Position numbers and translations under genes: made by a program. Positions 40,153-50,019 of a DNA stretch of 64,000 nucleotides are shown piece by piece. The stretch comes from Candidatus Aenigmatarchaeota archaeon. GTDB lineage: Archaea; Aenigmatarchaeota; Aenigmatarchaeia; QMZP01; QMZT01. The stretch is taken from positions 48,726 to 112,725 of the forward strand of contig WVZE01000036.1 of the NCBI GenBank assembly GCA_011772645.1, written 5' to 3'. Below the pieces are notes generated by a model. It did not search any database. It saw only the letters and a program-made list of their open reading frames with translations, and was not told where the DNA came from. The first letter of the stretch is position 1, and each line of letters begins with the position of its first letter.

Positions 40153-40183
40153 TTTACAATGTTAAAACTAAATTTTAAATCAG

Positions 40184-40618
40184 TTACTTGTCATAAAGAT
40201 TAAGGTTATAGAACCTCTGAATCTTCCAGAGGGTCTTATCATCGGGCTTGAAGCCGCCCTCTATCCTTCTTAACAGCGAAGGGGAGATTCCCATTTTCTG
40301 GGCGGCCTCCTCCTGCTTGAGATTTCTTTCCTCCCTCGCGTCCCTGATCATCCTGGAGAAATCATCCCTCAGTTCTCTCTCCTTCTGCTCAAATTCCGGT
40401 TCCTTGACTATCCTCCTCTTCAGGACAGTCCTAAGTCTTTCCCTTGGTATCTCCTTCCCGAGTTTCATGCATTCATCGCACACATCGAGTAAAACCCCGT
40501 CGAGATCTATCCTTCTCGGATTAGAAACAGCCTTTCCGCAGACTTCGCACTCGCTCACTTTCCCACTTTCCCGGGGATTTAATAATTTATGCCGACCTTG
40601 ACTTCCGAGATATCCCAT
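40184..40618 (-). CDS. MBF1-like transcription factor (N-terminal zinc ribbon + C-terminal HTH-XRE)
   Basis: CEVCG...CDEC zinc ribbon, then QEEAAQKMGISPSLLRRIE, a cro/C1-type HTH. Confidence 0.6.
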   Translation of the reverse strand: MGYLGSQGRHKLLNPRESGKVSECEVCGKAVSNPRRIDLDGVLLDVCDECMKLGKEIPRERLRTVLKRRIVKEPEFEQKERELRDDFSRMIRDAREERNLKQEEAAQKMGISPSLLRRIEGGFKPDDKTLWKIQRFYNLNLYDK

Positions 40619-41742
40619 CCTCCGGTTCCTGAAAACTTGAGGGTGTTCATTCCCTTCGAGGCTTCGTTGTGGGTGAATTCCACCTTGTTCTCTCCGAGTT
40701 CAACCCCGTCGAGAGAGAGCCTGTTTCCGTTTAATTCTATGTCCAGCCTTCCCTCCCTCAACACCCTGTTGACGTTGAAGGATATCTCCCCTCTCGCTCT
40801 TCCAAGGAGGTTGTAGTCCTCCTCGGTGACGTTGAACTCGCGCGCGCGCTCCGCGCGGGTTGTGGAGAGGACTATGTCGAAATTCAGGTTGTCTATCTGG
40901 AAGACCCTGTTCGCCTTCATCGCGAGTATGTTGTCCCCTACCTTCGCGATGTGCGCGATATCAGAATAGTTGAGCTTTACGGAAACCAGGTGGGTGGGGT
41001 TCTGTTCCCTGTATATCTCGTAACCATTCAGCTTGATCATGATCTCCCCTGTCTGGTCGCTTGTGGTGTAGAAGCGGAGAGTTCCCTGGTGCCATGCCTC
41101 CATCTCGTTCGGATATATCCCGAAGGAGAAGAACTTCTCATCCCCGTATTCGGCTATCACCTTGAAATTCTTCAGGTTGTACGTATTGGAAGCCCAGAAC
41201 TGAAAACCGGGGTTGTCGGCCGAAACCTCCAGGACGTTGGAACTCCTGACGTTGGATTTTTCTATCGAGACATCGTAATGGTTGAGGTTCGCCACCTTCT
41301 CGAAAACATTCTTTCCGTTCCACTTTATCACGAGGTTGGCAAGGAGATTCGTTTCCCCTGTGTCAAAACTTACCTTGACGCTCCTCAGGTCGTTAAGTAT
41401 GTGCTGCCCGACAGCGATGTTGAAACTCTTGCTGTCCGGCTGCGTAACGCCGAACCAAGCGGCTGAGGAAACCTTGAGGTTTGGCAGGCTCGTCGCCCCT
41501 CCGATCTTGAGGTTCTCTGTCTGCGGCCTTCCGAGGACGAACGATCCGAAGTCAACACTCCTCTCAACGTTCTGTTCCGAGAACCCCACGCTTCCGATTG
41601 ATGAGAAGTAGGCCAAGGACTGGTAATTGCCCGTCGTTCCCGTTCCGGCCCAATCCGCAAGTGGCGTTCCGAAAACCATCATTACGCCTATGATAACAAA
41701 GGCCACAACCAGCAAAACCGCGAACGACATATTTTCGTCCAT
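40579..41742 (-). CDS. hypothetical secreted protein with N-terminal TM anchor
   Basis: 387-aa ORF with an N-terminal hydrophobic helix and no known motifs. It overlaps the MBF1 gene start by about 40 nt. Confidence 0.35.
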   Translation of the reverse strand: MDENMSFAVLLVVAFVIIGVMMVFGTPLADWAGTGTTGNYQSLAYFSSIGSVGFSEQNVERSVDFGSFVLGRPQTENLKIGGATSLPNLKVSSAAWFGVTQPDSKSFNIAVGQHILNDLRSVKVSFDTGETNLLANLVIKWNGKNVFEKVANLNHYDVSIEKSNVRSSNVLEVSADNPGFQFWASNTYNLKNFKVIAEYGDEKFFSFGIYPNEMEAWHQGTLRFYTTSDQTGEIMIKLNGYEIYREQNPTHLVSVKLNYSDIAHIAKVGDNILAMKANRVFQIDNLNFDIVLSTTRAERAREFNVTEEDYNLLGRARGEISFNVNRVLREGRLDIELNGNRLSLDGVELGENKVEFTHNEASKGMNTLKFSGTGGWDISEVKVGINY

Positions 41743-41839
41743 TCTTTTAATAATTTGTGGGGAAAGTTTAAATATGTAGGTTGAGCGTGGTTTTTGAGTT
41801 TCAAACGGATTTTTAAAACTTACTTTCCAGAGAATGTAT

Positions 41840-42031
41840 ATGAAATTTAAAGATTATGTTAAAGTGCTGGGACCGGCAGCTCTGGGTATTGGAGCTTTGG
41901 GTATTGGAGCTTTATATTTAACGAGCAGAAAAGGCAGGCCAGGAACATCTGGTGAAAATCCTGGGCACGCGAAAAATAATAACATCACTGATGAACGTTG
42001 GATTTATGGAGAGGAAGGGGAATCATGGTAG
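41840..42031 (+). CDS. small membrane protein (paralog pair member)
   Basis: MKFKDYVKVLGPAALGIGALGIGALYL. It shares a conserved upstream motif with the next gene. Confidence 0.3.
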   Translation: MKFKDYVKVLGPAALGIGALGIGALYLTSRKGRPGTSGENPGHAKNNNITDERWIYGEEGESW

Positions 42032-42097
42032 CCCTGATGATCCAAGACTTGAGGTTTAGAATTGATTTTTAAAACTTACTGTTCAAGGAGATGTAAT

Positions 42098-42250
42098 ATG
42101 AAATATTTACTGAAAAACTTAAGAGGAAGTAAAGTTGCTCTTTACGGACTTGGTCTGGTGGCAGGAGGCGTAGTTTTTAAAATAGCACAGAAAAATCTTA
42201 AAAAATATCCTGTAAATCCGAAGAAGGCAAGAAAGAATGGCGCCTACTAG
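42098..42250 (+). CDS. small membrane protein (paralog pair member)
   Basis: MKYLLKNLRGSKVALYGLGLVAGGVVF. Upstream, GATTTTTAAAACTTACT is conserved with the previous gene. Confidence 0.3.
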   Translation: MKYLLKNLRGSKVALYGLGLVAGGVVFKIAQKNLKKYPVNPKKARKNGAY

Positions 42251-45200
42251 TAATATTTATTCTCTATCCTTGCGAATTTCAGGTAGATCAGGGCAGCGAG
42301 TATCAGGAGGAATACAACCGCGATCGGGGAGAGCCCGGGGAATTCAGGGACGAAGACCGTGGTCACCCATACGCTGTCCTTGTCCTTAAGATCCGAGTCC
42401 ACGAAAGAGCTTGCGGTCACTGTCACATTATATCTAAGCTGTTCGGTGTACAAAATCCTGACTTTAATTTTTCTCTCTTCCTGGGGGTTCAGGTCTATAT
42501 CAGCCTCTGGCTGGTTGTTTATCGCGAATATGGCATTTGAAGGTTCCAGCTTCAAATGAACCGTGTCAAACTTCAGCTGTATGTTCCTCACAGCAACGTC
42601 CAGGGTGTTAAACTTCCCTATCATGGGCATCACGGATTCCGCCTCGAAATTCGCCAGGGGATGCTCGTACATTGTAAGTGAGTAGTAACCTGATGGCGGG
42701 TTCCTCTCCGTTTCTGATGTGTAGGAGTTCAACGTGTAGGAATAGTAATCGATTTTTGTATCGTTTGGGTAAGGTCCCAGCGTTACGACACACATGTTGT
42801 CAAGCAAACACGTCAATGTATCCCATGTCCCGGGTTCGAATCTTGGGTGATAGACTCTGTAGTTAATGGTCATGTTGAGCAGATCCCTGGTCATGTTCAT
42901 GAGTGTTATCGAAACATTCCTGTCCGCACCCGTCTTCCCTCTGTCCCTTATAATGTTGCCGAACTGGTCTATCACGTAAAGTTCCGCCAGCCCGGGGATA
43001 AAGATCGTGGTGTTGGTGTCGTATGTTGTCTTGACCTCCCAGTTGCCTGCGTTGTCCTTGGCGAGCGAGCGGAAGTAGAATCTGTAATTGTTTATCCCGC
43101 CCAGGGGGCTTCCTGCCTCTTCATATGCGTTGAATAATGTGAAAGTCTCTGTCGTACAACTAAACAGCTCCTGCCATGAAGTTAAATTCACGGTATCATT
43201 GTACCGGAATTCTATCTTGTAGCAGTCAATGCCGCTTCCGCTGTCGCTCCCTCCCCAGTAGAGATCGAAAGCGTTTGACTGGGTATAGAAGGGGAGAGTG
43301 GAAACAAGGGAAACAGGCGGTGTGGTGTCGTTCGTGTACTGCCAGCCCGTGTTTATGTATCCTGTCCCTCTCCCGGCCTCGTCGTAAAGGAATGCGTACA
43401 CGCTGTAACTCTTCTGACTGCTTCCTGTGTCTACGGTCCATATCTCGTCAACGCTCGCTCCCGTACAGCTGCCCGAGCAGGAAACCGATTGGATTGTCAG
43501 GTAATTATAGTTCCACATGTTGTCCGTGATGATTCCCGTATCAACATCAACGCTGGATTTTATCTCGTTACCGCTCGCGCATATTTCACCCCAGTTGCAT
43601 CCGCAGCTTTCCGGTGCGCAGCCGCTTGTGAATGTGATGTATTGTCTTGAGGGGGTTGAGACCGAATCAGTGTGCTGTATTCTATGGGTTGTTGTCCCTG
43701 AATTGACCCAGCAGATTTGGTTGGACGTGTCCTCGTAATCACACCCTGAAACCGAGTAGGAAACAAAGGTGGGGTTGGTCTTGTCGATTAATACCTGGGT
43801 TGATTGCGTGCTTTCCTGGTTGCCCGCGTTGTCCGTTGAGCGGTATCTCACGTAGTTGGTTCCTTCGTCCGAAACAATGAAGGAAGAAGAATACGGTATG
43901 GAGGGCGAGCAAGTGTCTGTGGTGTCCACGCAGTACGTTGTGTCAGCGCATCCCGAGCCTCCCGGGTCCGAGCAGGTCAGGGTGACCTGGACGTTCGTTG
44001 TGTACCAGTTGTTCCAGCCCATGGTTCCCGAAAGACTGATGGAAGTGGAGGGAGGCGTCGACTCCAGAATTATGGAATCGCTGTCCTGAATCACGCTGAG
44101 CAGATTGTTCCTAACTTCGTAATAGACTGTTTTTGTTCCGTCGCCCGCTGTCAAAGTCCAGGCTTTCGTTGGCGCACATGCCTCCCAGGTGGTCCAGCTA
44201 CCTCCCTCGTTTCTGTATCTGCAGTCCTTAATGCCCGGACCGACTGGGTCTGAATAGGCCAAATTAAGTGTTACGGAGTTCGAATTCGTATAGGTATCGT
44301 CATTGTTTATAAATATTGATGCCGTCATGCCTACCACTCCTATCAGGTACTGCCAGCCCGTGTCTATGTATCCGGTTTCTCTCCCGGCCTCGTCGTAGAG
44401 GAATGCGTATACGTTATAACTCTTCTGGTTGTTTCCTGTATTTACGGTCCATATCTCGTCAACGCTCGCTCCCGTACAGATGCCCGAGCAGGAAACCGAT
44501 TGGATTGTCAGGTAATCATCGTTCCACATGTGGCTTGTCGTGACTCCCGTATCGACATCAACGCTGGATTTTATCTCGTTTCCTGAGGCGCAGAGCTCGA
44601 TGTTGTTACATCCGCAGTTGTTTGGTGCGCAGCCGCTTGCGAATGCGATGTATTGTCTTGAGGGGGTTGAGACCGAATCAGTGTGCTGTATCTCGTGGGT
44701 TGTTATTGTCCCCGGATTGACCCAGCATGTTTGGGTGGTTGCGTTTTCGTAGTCGCATCCTGAAACCGAGTAGGAAACAAAGGTGGGGTTGGTCTTGTCG
44801 ATTAATACCTGGGTTGATTTCGTGCTTTCCTGGTTGCCCGCGTTGTCCGTTGAGCGGTATCTCACGTAGTTGGTTCCCTCAGGGGAAACGGCGAATGTGG
44901 ATGAATATGATATGGAGGGGGAGCATGTGTTTGTTGAATCTATGCAGTATCTTGTGAAATCGCAGTCAGAACCTCCTGAATCCGAGCAGGTAAGGGTGAC
45001 CTGGACGTCCGTTGTGTACCAGTTGTTCCAGCCCATGGTACCCGAAAGGCTGATGGAAGTGGAGGGGTCTGTTGTGTCCACCATAAGACGGGAGGAAACA
45101 TCCGTGTCGTAGTTCCCAGCCGAATCCTCGACCCACAAACACAGCCAGTCATTACGGTTGGTGTTTACCGTTATAACCGAACTTGTTGTTGAAAATGTGT

Positions 45201-48200
45201 AGCTTGATTTTGAACCGGAACACGTCCCGTCTGAGTCGAAGTAATACCACTTGGTTGATATGCAGCCGGAGCCTCCTGAATCCGAGCAGGAGAGTGTTAT
45301 ATCGTCTGAATTCACCCATGTTGTCGATTCGCCGGTTATGCTTGCAGTTGGATTTGTCTTGTCCACCCTGAATTCGACAGGGCTTGAAAATCCCGTGTTG
45401 CCCACGTTGTCCCTCGCCGCTGCGCACACCCACCTGTGGCTGGAGATGGTCTGGGGGGAGGCTAGGGTGTAGGAAGAGTAGGTGGAGGGGCAGCTCCCCG
45501 GGTTGGATGCGTACGTTACCAATCTGTAAGAACCTGCGTTGCAGCCGGAGCCTCCCGGGTCAGAGCAGGAAACGCTCGCCGTGGCGTCTGTGTTCTGCCA
45601 GGAAGCGGGAGCTCCCGTTACGGAGACCGAAGGGGAGGTTTTGTCCACTGTGAACGAATGGTCCGTTCCGTCGAATCTCAGAGACCATCCTCCGTTGGGC
45701 TCGAAGTCTGACCAGAGCCCGCAATAATCGACTGTCCAAGTCCCTCCCGGATCGCCCGATTGTATGGTGTAGGAGAAGGTCACACTAGTTCCCCAGTTGT
45801 TGAAGTATATTATGGAACCGCCCGGCTTTGCGAGTCTGCATTCGGAAATTATGGTGAATCCTGATGGGCTTCTTGAAACGCCTGAGAGGGAGATCTGGAT
45901 GGTGTCCCCTACTGAGTAATAGCCTGAGGGATAGGTGTATGAACTCCAAGTTCCGGTTACCTGCGTTGAGGTTCCTCCTTTCGTGCAGGAGGTGTAGCTG
46001 TTCGAACACACGCGATTGGAGTCGCATTTGTAGGAACCCGTCCTCCCGCAGGTGGAGTCTACCCAGATTCTCTGGTTACCAACACCCGGGCTGGGGGCGG
46101 CGCAGTCCAAAAGACATCCTCCCTGAGCGTAACAGTTCTCGCTGGAGTCGCAGATACCTGGTAGACCTATGCACGGGTCTCCGCATATCAGGCCTTGGCA
46201 TGCCCCTGTTTCCAAACGGAAGTTATTGCTCTGTTTTGTGGACTCCTGGTTGCCCACGCTGTCTCTCGAGTAGAAGCATACAACCTTGTTGCAGATCTGG
46301 CCTGCCGGGCATGTCACGCTTCCCGACGTTCCCGTGGTGAATCCTGTTGTCCCGCAGGACCCTCCCTGGTTGATAACCCTGTAATAAGTGGATGAACATC
46401 CCGAACCTCCTGAATCAGAGCAGGTCAGGGTGAAGGAAACGGAAGTTGTGGAATAACTCCCGCCGTTGGGTGATATGGATGTGGTCGGACCTGATACATC
46501 CCTCCATTCGCCGCCAACACACTGGGAACCCGCCATTCCCGGACGAGCAGCTCCTTCGCTGTAACATGCACTTTGCCAAACACAATCATTCGCGTTGTTG
46601 CAGCATGCATCATCACTCGAACTGGAAGTGCAGGCGTATCCGTCGCACTGCCTTGTTCTCCTGTATTCGTTCGAATCATCCCCGCAGCAGGTTGTTGCGT
46701 CCACTTCTCCTCCTATGTTCCAGCGGTTTGAACCGGCGATAGCTCCGCATTGCGTGCTTCCCGCGTCTCCTCCCTGCCACGTCCCTGCGTTGCAGTAGTT
46801 CCTGCTGGGGATGCTTCCTCTTGTTGAGGTTGATGAATAACAGGTGGAGTAGTAGACGCAGTCGTTGTTCGCGTTACAGCAGGCGTCGTCCGAGGATGAG
46901 GAGGAATAGGTCGAATCTGTTCCAGCGACTCTCGTTCTCCTGTTTTCACCCGAATCGTCGCCGCAACATGCGGTCGCTGCTACTTCGCCGCCAATTGCCC
47001 AGAATCCACCGCCGCAACCGCATAAATATGAATTGTAATCACCATTGGTCCGAAAAACTGCATCATAACATGCAGTGTAACCTCCGGCACACCAATCCTC
47101 TCCGGCATCGTCTCCGCAACAATCTCCCACTGAATCATCCCAGCAATTGCTTTCTCCTCCAGAACAGGTTCCCTGTGTCCCGCTCACTTCGCACTCGCAG
47201 GCACTCTGAACATTGTCAGGTTCCCTGGCAGGACCAGACCTATCACAACCATTTGCATTAATACCATCACAATAACCTTGAGTCTGATATCCGAATCCAC
47301 CGTTATTGTAAGCATTATCGGCTAGGTCATTACTTGTACATGCCCAAGCGGTGTTACATAGGTAACCAGTTCCCCTTATTGTATAAGGATGGCTGCTTGT
47401 ATCACAGCATACCCCACTGGAGCATTCATCATTAGCCGCCCATATTCCGTTTGATTGACATATAATGGCACCGCTTAAAGCAGTTTGACCACTTGAATAA
47501 CATACACCATTATAAACGCAATCACTACTTGAACTGCAGCAAGCATCGTCTGAACTGCTACTGCTACATCCGGAATCACATTGTCTTGTCCTTCTATTCT
47601 CTCCGGAGTCGTCACCGCAGCAGGTTGTTGCTGCCACTTCTCCTCCTATGTTCCAGCGGTTTGAACCGGCGATAGCTCCGCATTGCGTGCTTCCCGCGTC
47701 TCCTCCCTGCCACGTCCCTGCGTTGCAGTAGTTCCTGCTGGGGATGCTTCCCCTTGTTGAGGTTGATGAATAACAGGTGGAGTAGTAGACGCAGTCGCTG
47801 CTCGCATCACAGCAGGCGTCGTCCGAACTTGAGGAGGAATAGGTCGAATCTGTTCCCGCGACTCTTGTCCTCCTGTATTCGCCCGAATCGTCACCACAAC
47901 ATGTGGTCGCGGCGACTTCTCCTCCTATGTTCCACCTTCCCGTTGCCTCGCATGCATCGCAGTAAGCTTGACCTGCATCAGAATCATACCACGTACCGCT
48001 GCCGCAGTAAGCATCGTCTGAACGGCATGCCCCCGAAGAATAACAGGTGTTTGAATAGACGCAGTCACCGCCCGCATTACAACAGGCGTCGTCCGAACTT
48101 GAGGAGGAACACCAGGAATTGCACACCCTTGTTCTCCTGTATTCGCCCGAATCATCGCCGCAGCAGACACTCCCGGCGACCTCGCCTCCTATGTTCCAGC

Positions 48201-49992
48201 GGTTTGAACCGGCGATAGCTCCGCATTGCGTGCTTCCCGCGTCTCCACCCTGCCACGTCCCTGCATTGCAGTAAGCCTTGTTGGGGACTGCCGGGGGGGA
48301 GGTTCCTCCGGATGATGTGCACGCATCATTGTATGTGCAATCTGTGTTTGCATTACAGCAGGTTGTAATTCCGTCGTTGTAACCTGAAGGGGCGTCGGTT
48401 CCGCCAGTTTCTGTCCTTCTGTACTCGCCCGAATCGTCACCGCAGCAGTTTGTCGCTGCTACCTCACCGCCGATTGCCCAATTACCACCACCACAACTGC
48501 ATAAATATGAATTGTAATCACCATTGGTCCGAAAAACTGCATCATAACATGCAGTGTAACCTCCGGCACACCAATCCTCTCCGGAGTCGTCGCCGCAACA
48601 ATCTCCTACTGACTCATCCCAGCAATTGCTTTCCCCTCCAGAACAGGTTCCCTGGGTTCCGCTCGCTTCACATTCGCAGGCGCTCTGGTAATTGTCAGGC
48701 TCTCTGGCAACGCCCGAGACGTCACAACTCCCGCCGCCGTCACAGTATCCCTGGGTCTCGTACCCGAACCCGCCATTGTTATAAGCGTTATTGGTTTGCT
48801 CGGCGCTCGTACACGCCCAAGCGGTGTTGCATGGTGTGTTCGCCTGGATGCCGCAGGTGCTTGTCAGAACATCTCCTGCTGGAGCAGTTACAGGATACTG
48901 CTCATAATAACTTGTAGCTGCCGTGTCGCAAACGCCGCTCCCGTCGCATTCAGAGTAACGAATATATCCTGAACAACTTCCGGCAGTACAAAAATAATTG
49001 GTATTATCATCACACGAGAGTATTTCTGAAGTTGCATCAACGCTGCTTGCAGAATAACAGGCTTTGTAAGCGGGCGTGTTGTAAATGGCGCGTGCGCATT
49101 CGCCTAATCCGTCACAAACGCCCGTTCCCCCATCAATTGCGCACTGGGATGCAATGCAGGGACCTCCCCCGAAACATCTGTTGCCCGGGTCTGTCCCGGC
49201 CGGCGCCGGGTCGCAGTCTGGGTAGGCGTCGTAACATCCGTAACAAAGCGCGCAGTTGTCTGCCCTGCCATCGGAATAAACCCCACAGGCCCCGCCCGTG
49301 CAGGTGCCTGTCAGGCAGTCAGTTGTGCTGCACTCGCTGCGAGGATCGGTTCCGTCAGGTACGTTTTCGCATAATACATCAGTATCATAACACCCTTGAC
49401 AGATCCCGCAGTTAGCCTTCCTTCCGTCAGAATAGGCAGCACATCCTCCACCAGCAGCACAACTACCTGTTCTGCATTGCGATGTATCACAATCATTATT
49501 TGGGTCTGTTCCTGCATTTGCATCCTGACAACCACCAGCCCCATTACAAACCCTGCAGGTGGCAGGGCAATCATCGTTTGGATCTGTTCCTGCAGGAATA
49601 AAACTCCCGCTGCTGTCGCAGCAGGTAGTTCCCGGGGTGCATGCTGTACCGCAGATGCCATTCACACGGGTCCCGGAACAACATCTGCAGTCAGTAGGAG
49701 CGGAATTACCATCCAAAATACAACACACGCCCCTCCCGCTACATGTTTTGCAAAATGAGGCACCAGGACAAGTTGCGGCTTCTTCGTAGCAATTACTGGT
49801 ATCCTCCCCGGGTGGACAGAATCTTGTTGATGCACGCCGGCAAACTATTAAAATATCGCCAGTGGAGCAATAATTTGAGCCGCAATTAGCCGCACTAGTA
49901 CAACCATCCAGACAAGCAGCGCTAACCCCGTAACTCAAAACATTTAAAAGGATAACCGAATAAAACACCGCGATGACACACTTTGCCTTCAT
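42247..49992 (-). CDS. giant (2581 aa) secreted cysteine-rich surface protein with Ig-like repeats and C-terminal EFPGL-TM-basic sorting-signal-like tail
   Basis: Signal peptide. The N-terminal ~1000 aa are Cys-rich with at least 6 CCGDDSGEYRRTR repeat units. It has a conserved ~170-aa CGLWSDF module and two near-identical ~250-aa repeats. Ig-like units carry Y.STDNAGN.E. The C-terminus reads VPEFPGLSPIAVVFLLILAALIYLKFARIENKYY. Confidence 0.7.
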   Translation of the reverse strand: MKAKCVIAVFYSVILLNVLSYGVSAACLDGCTSAANCGSNYCSTGDILIVCRRASTRFCPPGEDTSNCYEEAATCPGASFCKTCSGRGVCCILDGNSAPTDCRCCSGTRVNGICGTACTPGTTCCDSSGSFIPAGTDPNDDCPATCRVCNGAGGCQDANAGTDPNNDCDTSQCRTGSCAAGGGCAAYSDGRKANCGICQGCYDTDVLCENVPDGTDPRSECSTTDCLTGTCTGGACGVYSDGRADNCALCYGCYDAYPDCDPAPAGTDPGNRCFGGGPCIASQCAIDGGTGVCDGLGECARAIYNTPAYKACYSASSVDATSEILSCDDNTNYFCTAGSCSGYIRYSECDGSGVCDTAATSYYEQYPVTAPAGDVLTSTCGIQANTPCNTAWACTSAEQTNNAYNNGGFGYETQGYCDGGGSCDVSGVAREPDNYQSACECEASGTQGTCSGGESNCWDESVGDCCGDDSGEDWCAGGYTACYDAVFRTNGDYNSYLCSCGGGNWAIGGEVAATNCCGDDSGEYRRTETGGTDAPSGYNDGITTCCNANTDCTYNDACTSSGGTSPPAVPNKAYCNAGTWQGGDAGSTQCGAIAGSNRWNIGGEVAGSVCCGDDSGEYRRTRVCNSWCSSSSSDDACCNAGGDCVYSNTCYSSGACRSDDAYCGSGTWYDSDAGQAYCDACEATGRWNIGGEVAATTCCGDDSGEYRRTRVAGTDSTYSSSSSDDACCDASSDCVYYSTCYSSTSTRGSIPSRNYCNAGTWQGGDAGSTQCGAIAGSNRWNIGGEVAATTCCGDDSGENRRTRQCDSGCSSSSSDDACCSSSSDCVYNGVCYSSGQTALSGAIICQSNGIWAANDECSSGVCCDTSSHPYTIRGTGYLCNTAWACTSNDLADNAYNNGGFGYQTQGYCDGINANGCDRSGPAREPDNVQSACECEVSGTQGTCSGGESNCWDDSVGDCCGDDAGEDWCAGGYTACYDAVFRTNGDYNSYLCGCGGGFWAIGGEVAATACCGDDSGENRRTRVAGTDSTYSSSSSDDACCNANNDCVYYSTCYSSTSTRGSIPSRNYCNAGTWQGGDAGSTQCGAIAGSNRWNIGGEVDATTCCGDDSNEYRRTRQCDGYACTSSSSDDACCNNANDCVWQSACYSEGAARPGMAGSQCVGGEWRDVSGPTTSISPNGGSYSTTSVSFTLTCSDSGGSGCSSTYYRVINQGGSCGTTGFTTGTSGSVTCPAGQICNKVVCFYSRDSVGNQESTKQSNNFRLETGACQGLICGDPCIGLPGICDSSENCYAQGGCLLDCAAPSPGVGNQRIWVDSTCGRTGSYKCDSNRVCSNSYTSCTKGGTSTQVTGTWSSYTYPSGYYSVGDTIQISLSGVSRSPSGFTIISECRLAKPGGSIIYFNNWGTSVTFSYTIQSGDPGGTWTVDYCGLWSDFEPNGGWSLRFDGTDHSFTVDKTSPSVSVTGAPASWQNTDATASVSCSDPGGSGCNAGSYRLVTYASNPGSCPSTYSSYTLASPQTISSHRWVCAAARDNVGNTGFSSPVEFRVDKTNPTASITGESTTWVNSDDITLSCSDSGGSGCISTKWYYFDSDGTCSGSKSSYTFSTTSSVITVNTNRNDWLCLWVEDSAGNYDTDVSSRLMVDTTDPSTSISLSGTMGWNNWYTTDVQVTLTCSDSGGSDCDFTRYCIDSTNTCSPSISYSSTFAVSPEGTNYVRYRSTDNAGNQESTKSTQVLIDKTNPTFVSYSVSGCDYENATTQTCWVNPGTITTHEIQHTDSVSTPSRQYIAFASGCAPNNCGCNNIELCASGNEIKSSVDVDTGVTTSHMWNDDYLTIQSVSCSGICTGASVDEIWTVNTGNNQKSYNVYAFLYDEAGRETGYIDTGWQYLIGVVGMTASIFINNDDTYTNSNSVTLNLAYSDPVGPGIKDCRYRNEGGSWTTWEACAPTKAWTLTAGDGTKTVYYEVRNNLLSVIQDSDSIILESTPPSTSISLSGTMGWNNWYTTNVQVTLTCSDPGGSGCADTTYCVDTTDTCSPSIPYSSSFIVSDEGTNYVRYRSTDNAGNQESTQSTQVLIDKTNPTFVSYSVSGCDYEDTSNQICWVNSGTTTHRIQHTDSVSTPSRQYITFTSGCAPESCGCNWGEICASGNEIKSSVDVDTGIITDNMWNYNYLTIQSVSCSGSCTGASVDEIWTVDTGSSQKSYSVYAFLYDEAGRGTGYINTGWQYTNDTTPPVSLVSTLPFYTQSNAFDLYWGGSDSGSGIDCYKIEFRYNDTVNLTSWQELFSCTTETFTLFNAYEEAGSPLGGINNYRFYFRSLAKDNAGNWEVKTTYDTNTTIFIPGLAELYVIDQFGNIIRDRGKTGADRNVSITLMNMTRDLLNMTINYRVYHPRFEPGTWDTLTCLLDNMCVVTLGPYPNDTKIDYYSYTLNSYTSETERNPPSGYYSLTMYEHPLANFEAESVMPMIGKFNTLDVAVRNIQLKFDTVHLKLEPSNAIFAINNQPEADIDLNPQEERKIKVRILYTEQLRYNVTVTASSFVDSDLKDKDSVWVTTVFVPEFPGLSPIAVVFLLILAALIYLKFARIENKYY

Positions 49993-50019
49993 TAATTAAT
50001 AATTATTGATTTCTATTAA

